Shown here piece after piece: positions 25,530 through 37,829 of a stretch of DNA of 64,000 nucleotides. The notes beneath the pieces are model-generated. The model had not been told where the DNA came from. It worked only from the letters and a program-made list of their open reading frames with translations, and searched no databases. Each line of letters starts with the position of its first letter. Position 1 is the first letter of the stretch. The translations under genes were made by a program, and so were the position numbers. Source of the DNA: Camelus dromedarius (lineage: Eukaryota); the NCBI RefSeq assembly GCF_036321535.1, contig NC_087437.1, positions 94,056,001 through 94,120,000 of the forward strand, in the 5' to 3' direction.

Positions 25530-25880
25530 TGGTGTTTGTATTTGGTTCTCCAATAAGAATAAATAGCCTGTGCCAAGAATTCAAGTGCAAGTGATATGTT
25601 TAGAAATGCTCCTGGAGAAGCTGGTCAGAGAGTTGGGAGGCAGGAGAGGAGAGGGAAAGAGACCAGGAAAGTCCCAGACGCATTCTGACGCCATCTGCTC
25701 CAGGAAGCTCTGAAAGGTAAATCATCCTTCAGTAAAAAGATGAATGGCTTTTTGCACCCTCTTGTCAGTCAATCATTGGCTACATGCCACCCCAGGGCTG
25801 GATGAGGGAGTATATAAACTTTTAAATCCCTTCATGTGGGACTGGTGGTTCCAGGGACCCTGAGCAACTCTGCATTACGA
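25530..25880 (-). mobile_element. ERVL LTR (LTR16/LTR33-like)
   Basis: agcctgtgccaagaattcaagtgcaagtgatatgtttag and gtcagtcaatcattggctac are recalled features of this family on the minus strand. Confidence 0.65.
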
Positions 25881-26049
25881 TCTAGCAGTTCTCTCTCCTC
25901 CTGATAATCAGTTCAGTTACTCTGCCAGTGTTGTAACTTTCTTTTCCTCCTAGTCTTATCTCATGAGGAGCTTGAAGGGACTGGGTGACATCTGGATGAT
26001 TAAATGAAGCAGGACTTTAACTCTGTCCATTAGAGACAGAGTCACTCCA

Positions 26050-26345
26050 CCATGATGCAGCATATTTGGACCCACAAAGCCAAAAGTTATAGGAATGGAA
26101 ACCAGAATTCCCCAAGTGAGTTATTAGAAGTGATGGTGAACAAACCACTCCTCCTTCCACTTCTTGGCTTCCACACCTGTCTAATTCACCTGTGGCAGAC
26201 CATAGAGAGGGTATTGATTTAAGGTGTACACAAAACTCCAAAGAACCGCAACCCAAACTGGGTTGGTATTATGTCCATTATTGACCCCACATCTGCAACC
26301 ACTGGAGGTAATTCCAACATTCTATCAGGCCAACAGCCATTGACA
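26050..26345 (-). mobile_element. ERVL internal integrase-region remnant
   Basis: Minus-strand ORFs give GLIECWN (cf. integrase GLIERWN) and GSQEVEGGV (cf. GNQGVEAGV); orientation fits the adjacent LTR being its 3' LTR. Confidence 0.7.
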
Positions 26346-26949
26346 GATACATATATTGTAGGACCAGAGGATTCCATGGTTTAATGGAATTAATTAACAT
26401 ATTGCCTTTTTGAAAACTTTTCAACCTAAGAAAACAAATTAAAACTAAAGATAACCTAGAATCACTGTTACCCACATAGACATATATGCCATAATTTCTT
26501 TAAGCTGAGTGATGAAAGGGTATAAAGCAATTATTTATTTGCATTGCTATATGAGTATATACCACTCAACCATTATTTTCAATATTTTTTCTCATATCTG
26601 AAATGGATTTTTATAGCTATCATATCATTTCGTCCTATCACACTTGTAACAAATATGTAGCCAAAGGATTTAGCATTGAAAATATTTGTTTATTGATATT
26701 AAACCAAAATGATTCTGTGAGGCCTATGAAGAAAGTAATGTAGTAACAATGAATAAAATATGGAGAATAGAAATTTACATCAGTTATTTTGATTACAACT
26801 CAACAATGATTATAGCATATACTATTAATCTGGAGTAATCTTGAATTAAGCTTCCTATAACTGAATTTGACCACTTTGTACTCTTAGAATTTAGTTAAGA
26901 TAAATATGTAGAAAGGGATCTAGTGGGGAAAATCAGTGACTCCACAGAT

Positions 26950-27400
26950 ATTTTTATCTGTTAGGCACTAGATTCAAAAGACACACTCCTTGCCTTCAAG
27001 AAGGTTACAATGATGGAAGAGGTATAAAGGTACAATTATAATTGGGTACAAAATGTGAAGTAGTGTAATTGTGAAGAAGTAATGGTCTATGAGAGAGCAG
27101 TGGTTGTTCAAGTCTACCCAGAATCATCAAGAAATGTTCTCAAAGAAAGTAAATTTAAACCTATAAAATGACTGGTTAGTAAGATTTGCAGGAAGATATG
27201 CAGGGATAGGGAAAGTACTCAAAAGCATGGAAGGAAAAGTATATGGTATAAGGAACTGCCAGACTTGAGACTGGACATGTGGACACAGAAGACAAAATGG
27301 ACATGTGGTAGAAGACAAAATCAGTGCTACTGAATACAGGGAGGAGAGCTTCAAAAACAAGTCCAAGTGTAGCTCAAGCTGAGGAAGTTGATGTTCCCAT
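26950..27400 (-). mobile_element. Degenerate LINE-2 fragment
   Basis: ttaggcactagattcaaaagacacactccttgccttcaagaaggttacaat is typical of the reverse-complemented L2 3' end. Confidence 0.55.
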
Positions 27401-27451
27401 ATAGTATTTCCCATCTTGAAAAAACCTCCCTTACAAACTCCAAATACACCC

Positions 27452-27938
27452 TATGGTTGACTAAGCTACTCTCCTATGGAGAGGTGTGGTCTATGGCTCT
27501 TCCTCTTTAAACTGGACAGTCTTTGTACCTGCTCTGACCAATCAAATATCACAGAAGTGACACCACGTAAGTTTCTAGGTTTCTTACACTTTTATGGTGT
27601 CAGGCTTTCCCTTCAGACCTAAAGAGACTGGCAAGTTCCTCTTCTTGTCTTCTGAAATACACACTCTTGGAGCCTGAGCTGACTGTCCTACTGAAGACAC
27701 CAGGTGGACAGGTCCTGAAACCACATGGAAAGGGGAAGGGAAAGGGAAAGGGCCCCAGCTGAGCTCAGCCTTCCCAAAGTCCCTGCTAAGTTGCTGGGGG
27801 TGTGAGTGCAGCTCTATTGAACCAACCAGAGCAGCCTATCTCCCAGCTGCTAAACCTGGAGGTAGAATATAATGACTATTTGATTAAGTCACTGACCTGT
27901 GAAGTGTTTTTTACAAGACAATAGATAACTGGAATACA
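27452..27938 (+). mobile_element. MaLR solo LTR (MLT1H-like)
   Basis: ctgctctgaccaatcaaatatcacagaagtgacac core; caatagataactggaataca terminus. Confidence 0.8.
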
Positions 27939-27959
27939 GACATAGCCATATCACCTTTA

Positions 27960-29712
27960 AGGCAAAGCTATTGAAAAAATTATCTAAAATATCTGTCTCC
28001 AGTTCTTTTTTTATCAGTACTTTCTAATTAGCTGTAAATCCCTAGCAGTCCACAGAGATCCCTTTGATTAAAACTGACAGATGCCAATATCTCATTTAAG
28101 TCAATGGTTACTTCTCAATCTCAATTTATTCATATTTCTGCAGAATTTAATACAGATTCTTACATCATCCTTTTTTTTTTTTAAAGCATTTTCTTCATTT
28201 TGCTTCCAAGACAATATATTCACTGTTGCTTTTTCATTCTGTTTTGTTTTTCCTGCCGGTCTTTTTTTTCCCCAGCTTTACTGATTAACATTTAACTCTG
28301 TGTAAGTTTAAGATGTACAATGTGATGATTTGATTCACATAAATATCATGGGATGGGTCCCATAATAAGGTTAGTTTTCACAACCCATCACCACAGATAA
28401 TTACCTTTCTTTTTTATTTTGTAGTGAGAACATTTAAGATCTACTTTCTTAGCAACATTCAAGTATCTAACACAGTACTATTAACTATAATCATTATTCT
28501 GTACATTAGATCCCCTTAACTTATTAATCGCATAACTGGAAGTTTATACACTTTGACCAACATCTCTTTTTTCCCATTGCCCAGCTACTGTCTGTTTCTA
28601 TAGTTCAGCTTTTTTAGATTCCACATATAAATGACCATACAGCAATTGTCTTTCCCTGTCTGACTTATTTTATATAGCATAATACCCTTAAAGTCAGTCT
28701 ATGTTGCCATAAATGGCAGGATTTTCTTATTTTTTTTATGGCTGATTAATATTCCATTGTGTATATGAGCCATGTTTTCTTTATCCACTCATCCACTGAT
28801 GGACACTTAGGTGGTTGTAATGTCTTGGCTATTGTGAATGATGTTGCAATGCACATTGCAGGGTGAAGATACCTACGTGACTTTGATGCCCACTCCTTCT
28901 CTTGGTGCTGTTCTTCCTCAGAATCCTTTGCTGGCTCTTCTCTTTCTTCCTAAACCTCTAAATGATGGAGTGCCAAAGGCTCACACCTCTCACCACTTAC
29001 TTCTCTAGCTTCACTTGTTTTATAAATGATCTCTTACAATCTCAAGCTTTACAATGCCATCTATCCACCCCATATTAATAGAATAATTAATATTAATTAA
29101 CTAGTACATTCCACATTAATATCTTCAGCACTGACTTTTTCCTAATATCAAACTTCATTTTTTTCCAATTTTGCTCTCAACATTCCTGCTTTGGTGCCCA
29201 ATAGTCATGTCAAACTTATAACCAAAACAGACTCAACTCCCCCATCCTTAAACTGTTTACTTTAAGCAAAATAAAGAGGCATTCATGATTCCTATTATGC
29301 CCTCAGACCCCACATCCAATTCATTAGAATATCCACTGTAGCTTCAAGATATGCACTGAGCTCAACTACTTCTCACCATTTCTAATACCCTAACTCATAC
29401 AGACCAAGCCATTTCTCTCCTGAATACTCCAGGAATCTCATAGGGCTCAGTGGCTTTCACTCATCCCCTTACAAGTCTATTTTCCACATAATAACTAGAT
29501 ATATACACTTTATGTATCAACTTAGCACTTAACATTTCTTGATTGCATGTATTTATAAGTATATTTTCTGTCTTCCTGATAAGTACGTGAACTCTGGATG
29601 ACAACTGCAGGCTTATTATTCCCTGATGGTCATCCTGTGCCTGAAACAGTGCCTGGCTTTTAGTAGGTCTTGATAAAAATATGCTGAATAAACACATAAC
29701 TGAATAAATGAA
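27960..29712 (+). mobile_element. Long degenerate LINE-2 interrupted by an L1
   Basis: L2-like sequence on both sides of the L1 at 28261-28875; canonical 3' end gtgcctgaaacagtgcctggc...tagtaggtcttgataaaaatatgctgaataaa. Confidence 0.7.
28261..28875 (-). mobile_element. LINE-1 3' region (L1MA9-like)
   Basis: gtgagaacatttaagatctactttcttagcaacattcaagtat...tagattccacatataaatga...gtcttggctattgtgaatgatgttgcaatg, with a T-rich tail on the left. Confidence 0.9.
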
Positions 29713-29831
29713 CCAGTCAAAAAACAGGATGATCATGAAATCTTTAGTAGTTGAGATCCTTTATAATAAGCATTTAACACACAGGAATTCAACTTTTAGG
29801 GTGGGCATAAAACAAGCAAACACACCAAACA

Positions 29832-29832
<1 letters not shown>

Positions 29833-29862
<30 letters not shown>
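29833..29862. repeat. (CA)15 microsatellite
   Basis: Read directly. Confidence 0.97.
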
Positions 29863-29864
<2 letters not shown>

Positions 29865-30754
29865 GCAAACTAAACAAACAGACTACACACAAGAGAGACA
29901 GAGCTGGTTAAATGGTTGATGGTTCCCAGCAAACCTGGTGTTTAATAAGTTTACACCCAGAAGTGAGCTGAAAAGGAATAGGTGAATCTGCTCTTATCTC
30001 TGCCAGCCTCAACTTCCATGGATCATAAAGGGAGCATCTCATTTTATTAGAGTGTAATTCCAATGATTTTCTGTACATTTTTTTTCCCTTTGTAACTACT
30101 AGCCAACCACTTCCTCTGGAACTCAGTCAAAGACAAGATGATTCAGTCCAATGCTGGTGGGAATCTTAACTGTTTAGAGCTTATTTAGAGTCTTAATTGA
30201 CTCTCCAACATGGCAACTTTGTAAGAGTTTTTTCTAACATATTTTAATCCATTTCTTAAGAAGTGATTAAACAAGTATTTATAGAGTACCTGCTACATCT
30301 TAGGGACATCAGGTGCGGAGGACAGAGCAGCAAATTAAACAAAGACCTTGTCCACGGAAAGCTTACGTTCTAAAAGGAGAGGACAAATATTTAATTATGT
30401 ATAGCATGTCAAGTCATGATAAATCATTTAGAGAAAATGAACAAGGTTAAGATAGACAGAATGCTTATGTGGCCCCTCTTTCTAAGAGCTGATAAGCGAA
30501 GATCAAATCAGACTGCCTTAGCACTCTTTAGAAATGCTTTCATATGTGATCAAACATTATGCATGTGGAAAAATACTTTCCACTTCATGTAAGTAGCGAC
30601 TAGAGGCAATGTCTACTAAAGGCAATGTGATAGAATGGTCTCTATATAGTTAATAATAATAATAATAGTAGCAGTTGTAATAATATATATTATATAGTAA
30701 TAAAATATAATAAAAATTAGTAGTAGTAGTATTTTTGGAGGCCCAGAATAAAGC

Positions 30755-31715
30755 TATTTCAACCAACTTTATTGAAGTATGATTTACATTTAGTAACCTG
30801 CATCAATTTAAAGTGTACCAATCAGTGAATTTTCAAGGATATATACCCCTGTGAAACTACCACCACAATCAAGACACAAATATTTCCATCATAACAGAAA
30901 TTTCCTTGGAACCAAACTCTTTGTTCAATTGTAGTAACATGAGTTATCACAAGTTTTCTGATAAATTTTCTTCTTCATTCCCTCCTAACCTGTTGTATGT
31001 GTGTGTTTGTGTGTATAATAAGTAATATACCTAATATGTTTGAGCCAAATGGAGTAGAGTAGAAATCTCACTCCTTATTTTGTCCTTCATATTCTTAGAT
31101 CCCATTCAACTATCAGTAAATAAATAATAGTTATTTTATGCAAATTCAGCCAAATGCAGATATATATTCTTATTTTTCACCTTTTTATATAAAATAAACA
31201 TATTAAATATGCTTTTCTAGGTCTTGCTTTTTTCATTTTGTAATGTAAATTAAATTTTTTTCCTATAAGTGAATAGAATCCTTTCTCATTCTTCTTTAGG
31301 GCTGCCCAATATTATTTCACATTGATGTACTGAAATGTACTTAAATGGTCTTCTGCTGATAGACATTTGGATTTTTTCCAATTCTTCACTGTTAACAAGC
31401 AATGCCCATGTAACTGACCTTGAGCATTTGTCTTCTGCATGTGTGCCAAGAGTATCTGAAGGATAAATTCCCAGAAGCAGAACTGCTGGTCATAATGTAT
31501 ATAAATTTGTTATATTGATAGGTATTGTAAAGATTTCTCATAGTGGAGGAGCCAACTTACAGGCCCCCAGGAATATATGAGCATACTTCTTTCTCCCCAG
31601 CCTTGCCAACAGAATGTATTATCAAATGTAGGGATTTTTGCTAAATTGCTAAGTGTAGCATAATATTCCAGTGTGGTTGTTATTTGCATTTTTCTTTAAT
31701 GAATGTCGGTGAGGG
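30755..31715 (-). mobile_element. Old LINE-1 3' region (L1MB/MC/ME-like)
   Basis: aactttattgaagtatgatttaca...tgtgaaactaccaccacaatcaagacac; ggataaattcccagaagcagaactgctgg; gtgtggttgttatttgcattttt. Confidence 0.75.
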
Positions 31716-34700
31716 CTAGTTACAAAATCCAAGAATCTAACCTTAATGGATGAGTTTAAAATGAAAGTAAATTTGCATTTTTTGCTCACACCTGACCAAG
31801 ACCGTCCACAATCAGTGCAATATGCTTAAGCCATTAAACCCAATTAACATTTTTTATTTCAAAAAAGAAACCCTTTTTAAAAGTTCAAGAACATTTTCTT
31901 ATTTTATAATGCAAAAAAATTGAAAACAAGATTTAAAATTAATAAACTACAGTCAATGCTTCATCATCTAATAAAAATGGAGAACAAAGAGCAATGGGAG
32001 AAGTCTTTAAAGAGAATGGAGTTGCAAAATGGAGATAGATATAGAATTAAAAATGTAAATCAATAGGTAATAAACTATTCAAAAGGGCCATCAGTAATTT
32101 AAATTCATTTTTTTTTTCAATTTCTACCTGATAAAGTGTAGAAATATTAGAGGAGGAAAAAGAAAGTACAATTAAGAAAAGACATTCCACGAGCCTCTAG
32201 CAGCATTGAAGATGTAGCTCTGCTGCCGTAAACATTCTTCTCACAACATACAAAAGAAAATCTGAAATGTACCTATTGAATAATTAACAAAGTACGGTTC
32301 ATAATTTCACCTTCTCTACATCTAGAGCAACAATTTAACTTAAAACAATGTCATCTATAGTTTCCTGCGATAGATAAGTATGTATATGAATATTTAGAAC
32401 ACAGGCTCTCCAAATTCATTTGCCTGTGTTAGATCATTAGTCAAGCTAAACGTTTTCTGTAGAATAATTAAAATTTTATACCCTGGGAGAAGAGAGAAGC
32501 CACAAATACAGACAAAATCCTAGTAGGTTGATGTGATTGAGCCTGTACAACAAGTAGAAGGGATGGGAAAACATCAGTCTGCTCCATTACCTGGGTACCA
32601 CCTGGCAGCTCTGACCCGTCCAGGAGCAGAGGTGAATATAGCCATCAACCTTCAAAGGCAACCATCTCTTAAATTTGTCTTCAAGGAAATCTTTCAATTG
32701 TAATCTTTCAATTACAGAACACGGGGTTGATTCTGCTGCATTGTCCTCATGTGATAGGAATTATGTTTACCTAGAAAACAGGTTAAAATAAGTTTGAACC
32801 TGAAGTCAACCCTAAAGTGTGTTTTTTAAGATCTTTGCCTCTATAAGCTTCTAAAACATTTCATTAACTGAGGTTAATGAAACGCATTATATTATATTAT
32901 ATTATTATATTATAACATATTATAACAAACGCATACAATGTCTTTTAGGATAAACCAATATATGAATAAAATATTCGATTCTCACAATATTACTCTCTCT
33001 AACCCCGTGGACCACATCCTGGGCTATGCAGAAAAATTAATTTCCATCAGAAGAGACTCAGCTAAGCATACACCCTCTGATGCGGTGTGCTTATTGACTG
33101 CGGGGCAGTTGTGAGTGGTGGGAACTTTCAGTGCCACACCGGGTTGACTCAAACCTGCTGTGACTTATTTCATGGTTTTTGAGGGAGAAACTTAGAGGGC
33201 AAATTCTCCAATCTGGCTAATTAAGAGGCTGTAACACTAGGAAAAATCACCTTCTCACCTCTTAGCAAAAGCCACCAGCCCTGGGAGCTGCAGGAGAAAA
33301 ATGAGCTCCAGACTGGTAGAGACCAAAAGGTGAAACTTCAGAGGGAACTCAGGGTCAGGGAGGCAAAAGCAGTTGTAATAAAGAGCTCCAGGTGGCGGAA
33401 TAAAAAAGCAGTCCCTAAGGTCACAACAGAAAATTCTAAGTGGCTCTCAAGGAAAATAAGTCTCCCGTTCACAGCGTTCCCAGGAAAATGATGGGTAGTT
33501 ACCGGGTTTGAATGTCAATTGACACTCAAAAAGGCTCTGGGCCAAAGCTCATTTATTTATTTATTTGCCAGTGAGACTGTCTGACCACTCTACTATGCCC
33601 TGGGTTCCAGAAGAATAACTATACTGTGATTAAGTGTGTTCAGAGTTGATAAAGTCCACATTTGAGCAGATAGAGTAATTTGCATTGCTTCGAAGAATTT
33701 GGAATACCTGTGTGGCTTTCTGTGCAAGATCGGTTTGATTTTTCTCTTCTAAAATGGACTATGCCAAATATAGTAATGAGGTTCTGGTAACAGATGATTG
33801 GTAATAATTCTAGAGAAGGATACGGTGATCATTTATTCCTTTCCAGTCCTGCCTCCTCAGAATTTTCATGTGTACGTCCCACGATGAGTTCATACTGCTG
33901 AAAACAGGGCCCATAACTCTAAGTTTCAGGTGGTTGAATGAAATGTATGAACTGAACTATTGTGAGTAATATGGGGTGATAGTGATTGTGGCAAACTACA
34001 AGTAGAGTTTAAAATGTAGTAAGTGCCGGGTCCTTTCTCAGGCCCTCTCCAGTTTTTCTTTCTCTACTACTAGCCATGAGGACTACTACTGATTTTTTTC
34101 CACGTGGGGCAGCTGCCCCCAACTAATTTACCCTGGGAAAGCTTTGTTTTCTCCCAAGTCTGGCTGGAAAGTAGAAAGCTTATTCTATGATGTATTTCTT
34201 CCTTAGAGCTCTTGAAGACAGGTGCACGGAGGCATTTCAATTTAAGGCTTCTACTACCCATAATTACTGGAAATGTGACAGGAAATTAAAAAAGAAATTA
34301 TAGAAATGGGGGAAGCCACACAATTTACAAATACTTAAGAGTTATGAATGTTGTTCAGCAATTTCTGAATTTCTTATCTGATGGTATTGGATCTCACTGT
34401 GGACACCACACCTGAGTGTACAAGTCAACAACTCCCTTTTAATCCATCCTTTCGTGTCCTACAGCCAAGCTTATAATTCAGATTTTTCCTCAGATGAGAC
34501 TGGCAATTTTCACCTCTAAAGGTTTCAGACTGAGCCACAGGCAGGTTATGAGCTCTTCACCAAGTTCCAGGACACTGAGTGTGCGCACACATGCACATGT
34601 ACACACATGCATACATACACATGTGTGGGCAGCACATACCATCCTACCCCGCCCCATCCCCACACACACCAGACAAACTTATTATTTCTGTACAATAGTC

Positions 34701-37629
34701 AAATACAGTTCATTTTAATGTAAATTCCCCTCTCACTAATGGGATGAAATTCTAGATCCAGCTAGATGGATGTATTAGGAAGTATTAGGAAAAATCATTA
34801 TTTGGCTTTCTAAATTCACTGCTTCTGTCAGCAGTACCTGAAGACACAGTTTCAAAAACTCACAGTTATTCCCTAGACTTCCTATCATGACAGATTTTTA
34901 ATAGTGATAGTGATGCTTCCATTAAAATTATCAACTAATTAATGAAGCTGCATTTCCTAAGCGTTCTATCTTACTTTTTCCTTATTGAGACATATCTCAA
35001 ATTTGTAACCTTAATAAGCAGATCCCATTGAAAAATATGCTGCTTCTAGACAATCTTAAAATGCATGCTGTGTCCAAAACAGTATTCTGAATGTTTTATA
35101 TTTGATTACCCTAACATAGGAAATGAACAAAATGTGATCCAATGGAACAATATTATCTGATGTATCTATTTTTTAAATAAACACTGTAAAATGAGGCTAG
35201 GACACAGTCATAAGAAGACAAAGATCTTTGCTGTCCAGAAGCTTGCCTTGAAGGAGACAGATGGTAACCAGTAAGTAAATTATATAGTGTATTTTAAGAT
35301 GATCAACGCTCCAGAAAGAAAACCCGGTTAGTGCCGCTGGTGGGGATGGGGCGCCAGGTTGCAGTAATCACCGCCTTGGCCTTGGTAGGTATCACTGGAA
35401 AGGCAAGGACTAAGCACAGACACAGAAAAGGTGACGTGGTTAGCCAAACTCTTTTTTCACCCTTTAAAAATTATGCTTTAGACATGTAATTAACAGAAAT
35501 CTAGAGATAACAGAAAAATCTGTTTATTATTTATTTTAAAAATTATATTCAAAATAAAATGTAATAGGTAGATGAAATTGGGCATGTATGTTTAAGTATA
35601 AAATAAAATGCGTTTTGAGAAACCATACTAAATCAGTAGAAAGAGAAAATACAACAAAAATATAACACTCTATTATCTGTTACTCCTCCTGTTCCAACCC
35701 TAAAAAAATTATAATGTGATGGGAAATGTAATCACATTATTCCCTTTAATTTCATGGTTGCCTAATTACTGTGAGCAGAAACCAAGCAACAGTTTACAGT
35801 GCATGAATATATTTAAATGAGTTCCTATTTATGAAGTAACAAAATGCCTGTGCCTTCTACTATTAATTAGGATATTTACATTTCTAATTATAATTTGTTG
35901 GAAAATAAATTCAGTGTACTGCTTTACTAATTTATTATAGTATTAAGCAAGATACATATATGACTATTTAAATCACATTCTATTGTGTAAAATACATTGA
36001 TTTTCTATTTGACTTTTTGAAATAGAATTTACACCATTTTTATTTGCAATCAAATTTGCTATTTATTTTAAAGCTTTACTAAGTAATCAATAGAAAATTA
36101 GAGTATCTTTATTTCTTGATGTAGAGAATAAATTTTATTTGGATCAATATAAACTTTCCCTTATATCTTTCTAAGAGGTATGAGTCTTAGTTTAGAAAAT
36201 TTAGTGTAATTTAATATATTTTACCTTCTTCAATCTCTCTTTTTTTTTTTTTTTTGCTTCATTAGGGTGCAACAAGTAAAATTAAAATTATAAAAATCTG
36301 TGTATCACTTGATATGTTACCTCATCTAACTTCCAAAATAGCTTAGAGAAGCCAAGTTCTGGATTTTTACAGATAAAAAGATGGTAGCAAATGCATATTA
36401 CAGGGAGGATGAAAAGCATCCATTGGAATTGGGGACTTGGAGGTCATTTGTATTTGTCACATTTTGTAACATTTTAGTGTTATTTTTCTAAATTTAATAG
36501 TCCTAATGTTAAAAAGCCTTATTTTTTTCCTAAACTGCTAAATATGCTTACAAATTGTAGACAGACTAAGTCATAATTGATGTCTAATTTTCTCATAAAA
36601 ATATAAAACATTTTAACTATTGTTGGCTTGAACATTTTAAAATTTTGATTTGATTTTTCTCTAATGAAATTTTTTGGTTAGCCATGAAAGACAAAAGTAT
36701 AATAATAGTAATAATAATATACTAATGATAATAATAAAGCATTGGTATCTTCCAGGAAGTTACTGCTTTGCTGTTTCACACAATGGCCACTGTGTGGACG
36801 GATTTTGTTCTCTCACAAATCATTCACAGCTGTCCACATACAAAGTGACACAAGGCAGAAACAGGATCAGGTTATGTCATATAATGGAGGATCTACCTAT
36901 GCATATGTGGGAATTAAGAAAAAGCATTAAATTGTCTTGGCCTCACAGCTAAGATTCCATAGACATGCCCCTCTGTTCATCTTTTATTGTGCTTTATTTG
37001 ATGCCCAACCAAGAGTATTTGTCCATTGCTCCTTTCCCAGTTCTCAGCCGTTTTGATCTCTAAGTTCCTCTGAGTCATTGTCTCCACTGCTTTTAATTTT
37101 CATAGCAGATTCACAGAACTAAGCTATAGACACCTATTTCCAACCACCAACAAGAAATTGATAATAATATGAAGAAATGGCTCATTTTTACATTTTATTT
37201 ATATACTTGCTTATTAATTGATCTTACTGAGAATATACATTGTACTTTTGGCCCCATGCCCAAGAGTGAGATGAAATTTTCTAGGAAGCCAAGTGGAGAA
37301 AGGGAATTCCCACCAGATGGGACACCCATGTGTGCCTTTGGAGGAAGGCTGTGAAGTTCTGCTTGGCTCAAACGTGAGCAATGTGCATGACAGGGAGCAT
37401 GTGAGATTTCCTAGGGAGAGTCTACATAGAATGACACGCAAAGACTGTTTTAACTCTCTGGGACTTCATTTTCTTTGTGTAAAATGAGATGCTCGAATAA
37501 GTCGTTTTCTGAGATGCACCCTCTCTATGTCTGTCTCCTTCAGTCATTCCAATTCACTCTTGAATGGAGACCTCTTTCACTGTCCAGATTCATCGTCTAA
37601 TCCTCCCAAACAGAACAGAACATCATAAG

Positions 37630-37829
37630 TTATTTTATGTTATTTTTTCAATTGAAGTATAGTCAGTTTACAATGTTGTGTCAATTCATTTTCTTGTGTA
37701 CAGCGTCATGTTTCAGTCATACGTATACATACGTACATATTATTCCTTTTCATATACTTTTTCATTATGGGTTACTATAAGATATTGAATATAGTCCCCT
37801 GTGCTATACAGTATAAACTTGTTATTTTA
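37630..37829 (-). mobile_element. 5'-truncated young LINE-1 3' end
   Basis: aattgaagtatagtcagtttacaatgttgtgtcaatt...gatattgaatatagtcccctgtgctatacagtataaacttg; gttatttta on both sides is a possible TSD. Confidence 0.9.

Noticed and set aside
32689..32715. Small tandem duplications (aatctttcaatt twice; similar cases near 30601 and 51842)
   Set aside because: Ordinary slippage duplications with no functional cue.
37445..37525. Faint MIR-like fragments (also near 13700, 18600, 43800, 63260)
   Set aside because: Too diverged to delimit reliably by eye.
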